Source: Dicyema japonicum
Lineage: Eukaryota > Animalia > Dicyemida
NCBI GenBank assembly: GCA_011109175.1
Contig: RDEW01000098.1
Coordinates: 24,367 to 88,366, forward strand
DNA: 64,000 bases
Direction of reading: 5' to 3'
The notes beneath the pieces were generated by a model. That model saw only the letters and a program-made list of their open reading frames with translations. It was not told the origin of the DNA and made no database searches. The translations under genes and the position numbers were made by a program. Positions 52,256 to 64,000 of this stretch are shown here, piece after piece. Positions within the stretch are counted from its first letter, which is position 1. Every line of letters begins with the position of its first letter.

Positions 52256-52859
52256 TAGTCGAAAAAAGAGGCACAAGCGAAACCATAAACAGTGTTTACT
52301 GTTAACGCGAATGTGCTTTAACTGACAAGTAACTTAACATTTGTTACATATACGCTATGTCAGAGTTACACGGTCTACAATAGACCAAACTGAAGTAAAT
52401 TAGTGGGATCTTAAAATCACGAGGGCTTTAATTAAATCAGAATGCTTCTCATAATGAGAGATTTATTTAGCTTTCAACTCGCTTATTGTTCCAATCACAT
52501 GCAAGAGATTATGTGAGTATCACTCAATCCGAATATATTGATTTTTTTCAAGAACATGCTTAGGTCGATAACTTTACCTTATAGAGATCTGAAAAATCAG
52601 AAACAAACGATATGTAACGAATCTAATGTGATCTATCTAGTTAGCATCCAAGAAATTATTATTGATAAATTGTGACCCCAATCTAACTGTTCAATGCCTA
52701 AAAGGTGTTCTTATCCAGAGATAGATGCGGCTTCTATACAAGTAACTATTAGTTAACAAGTAAATTTTAATTTGGAATCCCCCCAAAGTAAATTTGAAAA
52801 GATGGGCAGCATATTCCTTAAGGAACTGATTAAATGCTGCAGCATATTCCTTAAGGAAT

Positions 52860-53290
52860 CTCATTGAAATTACAAATATTTCAAAAAAGCGTTCGATTCA
52901 GTCCCCAGGAACTCCTCACAAAGAAAATATTTGAAACGAACATTCACCCGAACTTAAAGCTTTGGCCTGGGAACTTTATAAATGGAATCCAACACAAGAA
53001 CTCTGCAGCAACAACATCAAATCAACATCTAGCTACCTTCCAAATGTAGTCCCTAAGTCTCCCCATTGTCACACAACTCTTCGACCTCTACATATACGAA
53101 ATACCTTGAGAGAACTGGCTAGTCCTCTCCTACGCTGACGATATTATTCTTCATCCAAGGCAGAAACATTCAATCAGCTAGTCAGTCCGCCGATTCTTGG
53201 AATAACCTTTGATCAGAGACTCTCTTTTATCCAACATGTTGAGACCAAGGTAAATTCTGCCCTGAACAAAATGAGAATCCAAAAAGTGCT
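52860..53290 (+). mobile_element. Jockey/I LINE RT fragment
   Basis: VLSYADDII and ILGITFDQRLSFIQHV. Confidence 0.6.
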
Positions 53291-53822
53291 CTCAAAAAAA
53301 TTTTGGCAAAATTGGAAGCCTTGCCACTCTCCTTCCAACCTTGTAATGAGAGCAACTAACCCAGACTCTGCTTCGCAAAAGGCTGAAACCCTAAAGCTGA
53401 AGAAATACTATATTTTGGTGGATAGTTCATTTTTGACCAGTAGCCGTGGAAACGTCAAAATTTAAAGTAAGCAGGTCGTTGATTCTGCTCGTCGCTGACA
53501 ATTCAAAGTTATTATACGGAAAATCGATTGTTACAATTTTTATAGAAGGTTGCTCAATATCGATCTTATTGACATAAGCAATCTTAAAAAAATTTTTGAA
53601 GCCCCATTACTTCACTCGTCTCGGCGACAACATTCCATAATCACGATGTCAGAAAAAAAGTTGAAAATGCAATAGACCATGACTACTTACTTGAAAACAA
53701 GAAAGAAAAGAGATACTTGAAACAAAACAAGAAAAGAGATACTTGAAAGAAAATAATTACGAAATTATTATAAACGTGCTTGGAGATTTTAAAATAAAAA
53801 ACAACGAGAAAATTAATTGCAT

Positions 53823-54994
53823 TTAAAAAATAGGAATATATTCCATTGGTCTTATTATATTTCGGCATTTTATGCATTTTATGACAAATGTGATGACTCC
53901 AATAATTGTAACAGATAGCATAATTCCTATAATTATAAAATTTTTTGAATGATTAGAATTTGTATTTTTTCCAGGAGTTACTTCTTCAAAACACTCCGAC
54001 TCTAAAATTCAGGAAAAATCAAACCCTTTCCTGTATAATGGGATTTAAATTCACTCCGAATAATTTGTGCCTTAAATGATGAAAACTCAGCATATATGAA
54101 ATCAGAAAATTTAGTGAGAGACAATTTGAAGTTACAGGAATTTCCAACATCAATCAATTTGCTCTTATTAGGACTCCATGACCCATTATAGATTTCATCG
54201 ATGACTATCTGAATATTGGAAATATAATATTTGTTTTGAGACACAATAAATGTAAAAAGTATTTCTAAATTTTGCCCCTTAAGAGATAATTCAAAATTAT
54301 TGTTATCAAAGTTAATCTTCGAATCCAGATTCTCGTAAAATAATGACAAATCATCAATCTAATATTAATATATACAATTTACCATTTCAACAGTGTGATT
54401 ATAAAAAAGTGTGATTCTAAAATTTCCGCTTAATATTCCTTTCAGAGGATTTTCCGCAATAAAATACCAATATTGAACATTTGGATCGTTAGATGGATCA
54501 CAGTCATGTGCTAAATTAAATTATGTCAAACCTTTTCCAATAAAATATGGATATGATTGGTTAGTGTAGTATTTTAACACCAAAGAATATAATGTAAGAG
54601 TATTACCATTCCCAAAACTTACGGACATATATCCGCATCTGTAATAATCTCCATGTTTAATATTTGGAAGATTTATTGTATTTGTGTAGGTTTTATTATC
54701 TTTGAGTGTTAACTATTAAATACTAGAATTTAATTCTATTTTTATTGAGATGTTGTAAAATTTGTCTGAGAATTCAATAAAAAATTGGTAGATCAAGTTA
54801 TTTGTTTTGATTGTAATTGGCATTTTATCATAAAAGAAGTGAGAAATAGTTTCAATTGAATGATTGTTTGTCTACCATTATTATTTATAAAATACATTTG
54901 TAAGTGTACTTTTCAATAAACTTTTTACATATACTGACATTCGATTTTCAAAGTCGAAATTCCTGATTGAGGACAAAAATATTAACAACAACAT
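53823..54994 (-). CDS. LAMP-like glycoprotein, paralog 3: intact six-exon gene, 351 aa
   Basis: Introns 54872-54895, 54700-54723, 54511-54531, 54359-54382 and 54002-54024 (all GT-AG) give an uninterrupted 1056-nt CDS with signal peptide, two Cys-paired domains, TM helix and tail ...PMEYIPIF. Confidence 0.85.
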
Positions 54995-55984
54995 AAATAT
55001 GTAAAATGAACACGTCGATGTGTATAATTTGGGTCACTTGTTATATTAATGAATTTATTTTTAATAATTTCAAACAAATGATATTTATTTTAATTTTATA
55101 ATTATATTTATTTTCATGAATTCATTAATCAAGAAACTTTTATTCATTCTGCAATGTTTACCGTCTTTAAGAATTTCATGATATTTTATCGTAATCCACG
55201 ATAAGTCATTCTGTTTTAACGGAATCTTTAATGATCGAAAGAAAATTTAATCAGCGATATTCGTAAAATATCAAAATAACTATTTTATTACACAATCGAA
55301 TAAATATTTGTAGTCAATTGAGTTAATGTGTCTTTTACTTGAAAACCTATTTCCTTTAAATCGTCAGGAAAAATGGGATCTCGATTTTGAGACGACTGTC
55401 TACTACTTTTTAACTGTTTGTTTTTTGTATTAAAACGATTTTATTAAAAAAAATATTAATACTAGGAGAATATTCATCATCTAAAATTGAATGTTGTCAT
55501 AAACTTATTTTATTAAAATTATACAATTTTATTAATTTAACAGCCTTTTCGGAAGGAGTATGCATTGTTTCCATAACTTAAACCTCACCTTAGGCAGAAG
55601 TCACACTTTATTTCAGAGTAAGACCAGTAATGTTAATTAATTAAAAGCATATCTAAGACATTGAAAAATTAATTGATTTTTTTCGTGTTTGTGAGAACCA
55701 GAAAAGAATTCAGTTCTGCAGTGATGATATGTTTGCTAATAACGGCGTTACTAGTCAACTTCAATTTTATTTTTGTTATAATTAGGGTGATTTTTTTGAC
55801 TTTATAAATTCGAAATTTTGACCTAAAAATTGCTATCTTCGTATCCATATTTTATCGATAATTTTTTCATGATGAAAATGCACCGTTCTCGATCCTTTTT
55901 GGGGCTTAAACTCGAGAGATATCTTGTTTTGTTGTTTGGGACGAACAGAGAAGGCCTTTATTTAAAGGACATGTCTGTGTTTTC

Positions 55985-56470
55985 TAGGTTTTCTGTATCC
56001 TATTACGTTCCGACTTAAAAAGCATTCGTCATGTTTTCTAGCGATAGTCGAAGATCCTTCTGTTTTGCAGCTAGTGCAGGAACATCAGGGTGGCCCTGCT
56101 CGGTACCTCGTGCGTTGTGCGTCCGCCTCTCAATGTGTTCGTCTGCAGCCATGTGAATTCTTTCCATTGTATGCGTCCAAGTGACTCCCGGTGGAAGCAC
56201 TGTCTCTATTGCTTGTAGATAATGTTCCACAGATGTTCGATAGATATTTTGAGTGAAGTGTGAAAAACAAATTCTCTCGACTAGGAAACCTCTCCGTATG
56301 ACCTGAGATGGCTTTGTTCCAAAGTGCGTGCATAGCGACTTGTAATATCAAACAGGTTCACGACGAACTTGTGGTCGCTTTCCACCCTCTGTATGACCTC
56401 GAGTCTTGTAATGGTGTTCTATTTTTTTGTCGGCAAAGAATGTAATNTTCTGTTAACGTGGGAGGCTCCA
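55985..56470 (-). mobile_element. RTE LINE fragment (end of AP endonuclease and linker)
   Basis: YILCRQK...QDSRSYRG...SDHKFVV and KQKDLRLSLEN. Confidence 0.6.
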
Positions 56471-56879
56471 TGCACTTAGTCTGAAATATTTTTGATCTAT
56501 TACTTCCCATTTTAGCTGCAAGGTATGTATTTTTTAGTAAAAGATTTATTAGCCGTGTTCTGTCTGGGATGACAATTTTTTCGACGACAAAATCATCACT
56601 ATTCTCAATTTTTTTTACAACCACTAAAAAAGTTTCCATGCTGTTAAACTATTTAAGTTGAATTGATTTTTGTAAAAAAATCTAATTTTTAATTAATACA
56701 TATTATTATTTGCATATAATCCCGATTTTTATATACATATTATTAAAAAAAAGCTATTAGGTCCTCCCTTTACTTGAGTAGCCCCTCCAATTTTAGAAAC
56801 CTCACTTATAGTGTTTAACGTGATTTTGTATTTTATTCTGTGATACACTGAGGTCAAATTTTTCTGTGGTCGTTACAAC

Positions 56880-57050
56880 CCTTACAGAAGTACTTAATGG
56901 CGAGCTGAGACCAGTGAACAGAACAATAAGGAACGGTGAAGACCTCATTAGTTTGCAGAGCCTGGCAAGAACAGGAGAGGTTGGAAGAGATTAGCAAGAA
57001 GGATTCTGAAAACGTCTCGTTCAACAGGTTTTATTGTATTTTGGAGCATT
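56880..57050 (+). mobile_element. RTE 3' remnant
   Basis: TLTEVLNGEL...EDLISLQSLART..GWKRL. Confidence 0.45.
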
Positions 57051-58498
57051 AGATTGCGGATTCTGGTTAAAGTGGTGACGTTCATATCTTAGACATGTCA
57101 TCTTCACATTCATTAACAAACTCTACGCTGTCACTTGGAAGCTTTAGTACCAAGGGATTTTAATGTATCTTAAAAATACTATTTTACACAAAATCTGTCC
57201 AGTCATAGAATATCTATTCTCTACAAAAAACGAAAACTAATAAAAGATCAATACGAATTATAAGGATTACAACTTAATTACTCTCCCAACAATATGTAGA
57301 CACTAGATTTGGATTTACCAACCCTCACAATGTTTACAGTCATGAAACTGAATCTGGTCAATTTCTGAACGAGTAGCTGTTGTGCAAATCAGATGAGAGA
57401 CTAAACAGAATTCTGTGATCTCTAAAATAAATGTAGATGTTAATATAAGTGAGAGTATCATCTAACCCAGAAGAACTAGGGAGTATCTACTCAAATGTAA
57501 CTGAAGCGTATATTACATTCTTCATCTTTCCTTATATTCAATGCTGGTGATTCAATTGCANNNNNNNNNNNNNNNNNNNNNNNNNNNNNNNNNNNNNNNN
57601 NNNNNNNNNNNNNNNNNNNNNNNNNNNNNNNNNNNNNNNNNNNNNNNNNNNNNNNNNNNNNNNNNNNNNNNNNNNNNNNNNNNNNNNNNNNNNNNNNNNN
57701 NNNNNNNNNNNNNNNNNNNNNNNNNNNNNNNNNNNNNNNNNNNNNNNNNNNNNNNNNNNNNNNNNNNNNNNNNNNNNNNNNNNNNNNNNNNNNNNNNNNN
57801 NNNNNNNNNNNNNNNNNNNNNNNNNNNNNNNNNNNNNNNNNNNNNNNNNNNNNNNNNNNNNNNNNNNNNNNNNNNNNNNNNNNNNNNNNNNNNNNNNNNN
57901 NNNNNNNNNNNNNNNNNNNNNNNNNNNNNNNNNNNNNNNNNNNNNNNNNNNNNNNNNNNNNNNNNNNNNNNNNNNNNNNNNNNNNNNNNNNNNNNNNNNN
58001 NNNNNNNNNNNNNNNNNNNNNNNNNNNNNNNNNNNNNNNNNNNNNNNNNNNNNNNNNNNNNNNNNNNNNNNNNNNNNNNNNNNNNNNNNNNNNNNNNNNN
58101 NNNNNNNNNNNNNNNNNNNNNNNNNNNNNNNNNNNNNNNNNNNNNNNNNNNNNNNNNNNNNNNNNNNNNNNNNNNNNNNNNNNNNNNNNNNNNNNNNNNN
58201 NNNNNNNNNNNNNNNNNNNNNNNNNNNNNNNNNNNNNNNNNNNNNNNNNNNNNNNNNNNNNNNNNNNNNNNNNNNNNNNNNNNNNNNNNNNNNNNNNNNN
58301 NNNNNNNNNNNNNNNNNNNNNNNNNNNNNNNNNNNNNNNNNNNNNNNNNNNNNNNNNNNNNNNNNNNNNNNNNNNNNNNNNNNNNNNNNNNNNNNNNNNN
58401 NNNNNNNNNNNNNNNNNNNNNNNNNNNNNNNNNNNNNNNNNNNNNNNNNNNNNNNNNNNNNNNNNNNNNNNNNNNNNNNNNNNNNNNNNNNNNNNNNN

Positions 58499-60298
58499 TT
58501 GTCCTCAATGAAGCTGAGGAGAAAATCTCAGACATATTAAAGTACAAGAACGGACCAAGAATGTTCAAAGCAATCCGGCTTCTTAGCAGAGAAAACTGTC
58601 CAATTTCGTTAACTGTCCATGACAACCTTGGTCACGACGTTATCGGGACCATTAACAAAGCAAACGTTCTGGCATCCCATTTTGACCTTATGTTCAACAA
58701 ACAGGACGCGGCTGACCAAGCAATGAAATCTCGGAAGTCTTACAAGTACACTCTAACTAGCCCTATTACCATATCCGAAACTCAACAAGCTATTAAAAAA
58801 TTAAATACCGGAAGATCTGCCGGACCAGACTTCATTACTGCAGAACTTTTACAATACGGCCCGGAGGAGCTAATTGAAATGATTACTAACATTTTCAACC
58901 GGTCTCTCGAGGGTGCAGATGAACTGGAACTGGGAAAAGGGTGGCTAATTCCACTACAAAAACCGGGAAAATGTAAAGGCCCCCCTCACAACTTCAGACC
59001 TATTATACTCCTAACCTCCATACGAAAAACATTATCCCTCATTGCTTTAAACCGAATAAAGGAGAGGGTGAACATATTTCTTTCGGACGGCCAAAGTGGA
59101 TTCCGGACGGGCAGGTCCACGGCTGACGTGGTATGGGGGCACAGGTGGTATTGTGCCCTGTGCCAAAAATACAAAAAATCTATTGAGATACTTGGTATCG
59201 ACATGTCCCGTGCGTTCGACTCGGTGGACCGTGGAAAACTTTATGGAAGTGTTGAGAGTTTTCTACTGCCTGACGATGTCAAAATAATACACTTACTCAT
59301 GCGGAACACTCAACTTGCCGTCAAAATTGGTGACTCTACCTCTAACTTTTTTTCGACCTCACGTGGAGTTCCACAGGGGGACTCACTATCCCCGGTCCTC
59401 TTTATTGTCTACCTTGAGGCCGCACTAAGAGAGTTCAGACCCCTGGTTGGCAACAATTATAACGAGATAATCTACGCGGACGACCTGGACTTTGTTTCTG
59501 AGGATATTCAAGTACTTCAACACATGCTTAACGTTCTTCCACACGTATTCTCGAAATGGTTCTTAACCGTTAACACCGATAAAACAGAGTTCACAACACT
59601 TACACGCAATGATCGAAGATCGGACGAGTCTTGGAGAAAGCAAAAGAAGGTGGGTTCGCTTCTCGGGACTCAGAAGATGTTTCTCGGAGGAAAATCCTCG
59701 CAATGTGTGCACTAAAGAAAGTATCGAATATGTGGGGTCATAAGAAGAGGATGGGATTAAACACCAAACTCAGAATATATAAGGCTTTTGTCATCCCCGT
59801 CCTGACCTACAATTCAGGCACTTGGGGAATCTCTAAACAAGAGATGGACCGTCTTGACGCTTTCCACAGGACACAATTGAAATCAGTAATCAAGATCAAG
59901 TGGCCTAAGAAGATCTCAAACAATGACCTCTACTCGAAGTGCAAATCTGGTATACTATCCGAGGAGATCTTCAGATCAAGATGGAGTCTCTTTGGACATA
60001 TCTTACGTCTAAATGCTCAAGTACCCGCGAATATCGCCATGGAAAACTACCTAATGCATACGGGAGCCGGTTTCCGTGGAAGACCAAGAGTCACACTCCC
60101 AACTATTTTGAATGGAGACCTGTCGGCTGTGGGACTGAAGCTCACTTCCGCAGACGACCTAGATACCTTAAGGGAACTGGCACGAAGTAGAGGGTCCTGG
60201 AAAAGGCTGATAGAGAGGATGGCTAGAAATACGGCACAAGGGAGGCTTGATTAATTTTATGACTTCTCGGGAGTGCTTTAAATAATAATAATAATAAT
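58499..60298 (+). mobile_element. Young RTE-clade LINE (RT domain to 3' tail; 5' part lies in the N gap)
   Basis: RSAGPD, FRPIILL, GRSTAD, DMSRAFD, GVPQGDSLSP, IIYADDLDF, LFGHILRL, RGRPR. One 1-nt shift at about 59665; ends GTGCTTT(AAT)n. Confidence 0.92.
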
Positions 60299-60301
60299 TT
60301 T

Positions 60302-60500
<199 letters not shown>

Positions 60501-60694
60501 ATGCATCTACAAGGTACAAGTTGGAAATGTCCAATTTTGCGAAAATATCGGGGTTCTTCCGCGACGGCCGCAATGACACAATTTTTTTTATAAGTTTTAA
60601 TAATTTTAAAGAACATATCAAAAATCGCCGTATTTAAGAGTAAACTTCGGTGGTAAATTACTCGACCGACAAATTAAAGGCCACAAACCCAGAT

Positions 60695-61488
60695 TTATTC
60701 AATAAACGGAATTCCTGTAAAACTCCGCCTTTTATACTCTTCATACTCCTCTCCAAAGAAACGGACCAAAAAGTACTCCTCTTCTTTGATTCGGTCCTCG
60801 AAGAAACTCCATATCCGCCAAGAGAACAACACCATTGAAACAAAGTTCCCCATCATAATCTACGAGCCATCCTAAATCAACCAAACCTGAGATCCAACCG
60901 CGTAGTAAAAAAATCCAAAATAACCAGGATGCCGGAAATACCTATAAACCCCTTCCTTAATGAGCACGTGATTCTTTCTCTCCTCCGTCTCTATAATGTG
61001 ACTGTAATTGTTCCTCAGAGTCAAAATCGCCAACTTCCTCACAGACTCTCCCAAAATGCACATAAACAGACCAAAATATGAGAGAAGCGGGTAATTCCTA
61101 AAACCCGGAAAAAGAAAGGCCACGAGAAAGTGCTCAGTAACGGAGATCAACATGAACGTGTAATAATCGAAATACTCCAAAAGAAAGGCATTGCACGAAA
61201 AGTCGTTGATTCCCGCAAAATAGGAGGAAACAAATTCAAAAAAGTGGAAAAGAGCCAGAAGGATCAAAAAAATCCCAAAAAATAGGTCGTCCAAATAAAC
61301 GGAGAAAATAACTCCCACCGAGCAAAGTGTCCCCAAAAAAGCTGAACAAATCGAAATCTAAAAAAATTGATTTAAAATACGTAAAAATAAATTGAACTCC
61401 GTTTACGAATTAGGAAGACAGAAATCAAAAGGAAAAGATAAATCGAGTATAAATATTTATTTATCGCGTAAAATATGGAGGTAACNAT
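60695..61488 (-). CDS. ICMT: Protein-S-isoprenylcysteine O-methyltransferase (STE14/ICMT), three exons, ~247 aa
   Basis: RKLAILT..NYSHII, HVLIKEGVYRYFRHPGYFGFF, RIKEEE..L..FFGEEY.EYK...TGIPFI. Introns 61358-61380 (23 nt) and 60860-60886 (27 nt) restore the frame. The putative start codon contains an N (ATN at 61488-61486). Confidence 0.9.
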
Positions 61489-61867
61489 TATTTAAAGCAC
61501 TCCCGAGAAGTCATAAAATTAATCAAGCCTCCCTTGTGCCGTATTTCTAGCCATCCTCTCTATCAGCCTTTTCCAGGACCCTCTACTTCGTGCCAGTTCC
61601 CTTAAGGTATCTAGGTCGTCTGCGGAAGTGAGCTTCAGTCCCACAGCCGACAGGTCTCCATTCAAAATAGTTGGGAGTGTGACTCTTGGTCTTCCACGGA
61701 AACCGGCTCCCGTATGCATTAGGTAGTTTTCCATGGCGATATTCGCGGGTACTTGAGCATTTAGACGTAAGATATGTCAAAGAGACTCCATCTTGATCTG
61801 AAGATCTCCTCGGATAGTATACCAGATTTGCACTTCGAGTAGAGGTCATTGTTTGAGATCTTCTTAG
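61489..61867 (-). mobile_element. RTE 3' end, identical to ~59880-60290
   Basis: Same translation (MENYLMHTGAG...QGRLD) and same 3' UTR; runs into the N gap. Confidence 0.9.
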
Positions 61868-62289
61868 NNNNNNNNNNNNNNNNNNNNNNNNNNNNNNNNN
61901 NNNNNNNNNNNNNNNNNNNNNNNNNNNNNNNNNNNNNNNNNNTTTTTAAAAATTGTTATACAATGTGGCGAACCTATTATACTTTTGATATATTATCTGG
62001 CATGACGTTGTCACGTTCTTGTGGCCTGTTGTTCGTCCTGATATATTTTGTATTTATTATGTTGTATTGTCATACATTTTCTTCAATTTTACAATATTGA
62101 TTCATCAAATAGTGTTGAAGGCTGTTGTCAAAATGTCTAATATATATTTTATATTTTGTTAACCTATGAATATGGATTATTTTTCACTATTTGATTTGCC
62201 CTATTTATGTTCTCTTGGCTATATCTTTCTTCTGGACTATATTTATTCCTAATTGATATGTCGTCTGCATAATGTCAAGATTATCTTCA

Positions 62290-62480
62290 GGAATCCTTAA
62301 CTGCTCTCATAATGTATCCTTTCATTTTCCTATAGTATCCTCCGCAATCTTCAGGGGTAATCAATTCAAAAGAAGATAAGATAATATGTCTTAGCCGTAA
62401 ATCCTGAATAGCAGCTTGTCTCTTCACAGAATTCTTCCATTTTGAGAACACAAACACAATTGGATAAAGGAATGGTGACT
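62290..62480 (-). mobile_element. Tc1/IS630-like transposase C-terminal fragment
   Basis: PIVFVFSKWKNSVKR...ITPEDCGGYYRKMKGYI. Confidence 0.6.
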
Positions 62481-63169
62481 ACGGAGGAATATATAGTATC
62501 TTGAGGTTGTGGGATTGGATTACTTCGTTGAGTCCATTGTAATGGTGAATCCTAGCATTTAAATACAAAATTCAAGACAACTACAACATTAAATAAGAGA
62601 AAAAATATCATCATGCTTCTATTTTTCTTCAACGATTATTAATGTCGTCCGAAAATTGAGTATATAAATAATTATTATTCTTTTGTCAATTAGATATGAA
62701 GGTGTGAGTATGATCATTAAATATTCATTGTCAAAGTTGATGTCAATAACTGAATCGTTAAAATTCGTGATTGATTATAAAAATATCAAATTTTCTGCAT
62801 ATTTGAATATCTGTAACATTAAAAATACCACTAATTAAGATGGAATACCCCATATATTCACTAATGCTCCATGTTGATACCGATTCATTTAATAATTTGG
62901 TTATATATGGGAATTCACAAGGCCGATCGAAATAATAGAATACTTCACAATCCCTATAAAATTGCAACATTTAACCTCGTTGTTCATTAGATTTATCACC
63001 ACAATTATGAAATATATAATGAGATATGTATTCTGAACTAATCCTTCGGTGAAGATTACATCATATACACTATAATTGGTTTTTAATTTTTGGTCAATAA
63101 AGTCAAAAAATTCCTGGTTTTTAGTTTTTTATTTTGCGATCCTAATTTCAAAGATAAGACAGTAAATGG

Positions 63170-63770
63170 TCATATAGCTTCTCGGCCTACTCAGCGGCAG
63201 AAGAGGCTGCAGAGGCACTCTGGAGTAGGTTGCAAGAGGAGAACGTGTCAGTGCAGGTAAAGTCCCAGACAAGATGTTTAACGGCTTCAAAAGGAAAGAT
63301 TGTCATCCTATTTGGTCATTTCCTGTCCCGCATGCAAAGACCGAATAGTTCGAGCATTGACGAGCGTCCAAAGATCTTTTAACGACTTCTTTTAAAGCCA
63401 TATGTATGTAAAATCTGCCTGGACTTACTGCAAGAGAGAGACTGTAATCCAAAACAGTCGATCTAGTTTCACGGACTTTAATCCCAGTCGTAATGAGATC
63501 CTAATTCGGACGCATTCATTTTCCAGGAAAGTACCTAAAACTCTAGTAGGAACTGCGTTGAGCGAGGCACCGCTCTCGGAAGACGCCCCGCCCAAAGACA
63601 GGCAGGGCTGTTTCGGCTAGATGACAGTTGCAAATCTTTGAAAGAATTCCAGCATATAGCATCGTTCAGTCACGCTGAGAGAACGCGAAAAGCAGGGAAA
63701 GCTGATAAGCACGGCTCAGACCTCACGAGCATGGCCTGCGTCCTTGTTAATAGAGAATTCAGGTAGAGAC
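63170..63770 (-). mobile_element. Decayed CRE 3' fragment
   Basis: SGASLNAVP...RISLRLG and MTIFPFE..HLVWDFTCTDT. Confidence 0.7.
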
Positions 63771-64000
63771 TGCTAAATCTTCTTGACATGTGAAGAATTT
63801 TCATTTTTCGAAATTAATAAAATTAATTATTATTAATTGGTATTTAAATATAAATAATTTTAATTCATAATTAGGACAATTTCTGTGAGAATGCTCTTAT
63901 TCCTAGGTTTATAAAATAAATTAATAATAGTAATATATGCGTGTATAATAATCAATAGAAATGTGTTGCGGAATATTGATACTTTTGAAAATTTGTCTGA

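Noticed and set aside
57541-58625. Long ORFs of 724 and 357 aa in the ORF track
   Set aside because: They run through 938 N bases; only 58499 onward is real.

Overview
AT-rich eukaryotic (not prokaryotic) genomic DNA, mostly nested and decayed transposable elements, with few host genes and three N gaps (41534-41607, 57561-58498, 61868-61942). Host genes found: an ICMT/STE14 isoprenylcysteine methyltransferase, three paralogous two-domain LAMP-like membrane glycoprotein genes, and a small family of low-complexity Ser/Pro-rich proteins. ICMT, the LAMP-like genes and the largest Pro-rich gene carry 21-27 nt GT-AG introns. Some of these introns appear to sit at positions I recall from vertebrate homologues, which points to a reduced metazoan parasite (dicyemid or myxozoan; inference). 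Mobile DNA: CRE-clade (restriction-like endonuclease) non-LTR retrotransposons (one probably intact, one decayed full-length, many 3' fragments), RTE-clade LINEs (one young and near-intact), Jockey/I LINE remnants, and pogo, Tc1/IS630-like, hAT and Ginger-type integrase DNA transposon remnants. Most notable observations: two CRE insertions with a twin-priming-like 5' inversion (one with a perfect 44-bp target duplication), a 202-codon frame interrupted only by TGA, degraded non-TE coding islands that may be endogenous viral fragments, a degenerate TTAGGG array with inverted flanking motifs, and ICMT bracketed by two identical, inverted RTE copies. Many frameshifts are single-base changes in homopolymers and may be assembly errors. 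All family assignments come from motif recognition by eye; no database search was run.
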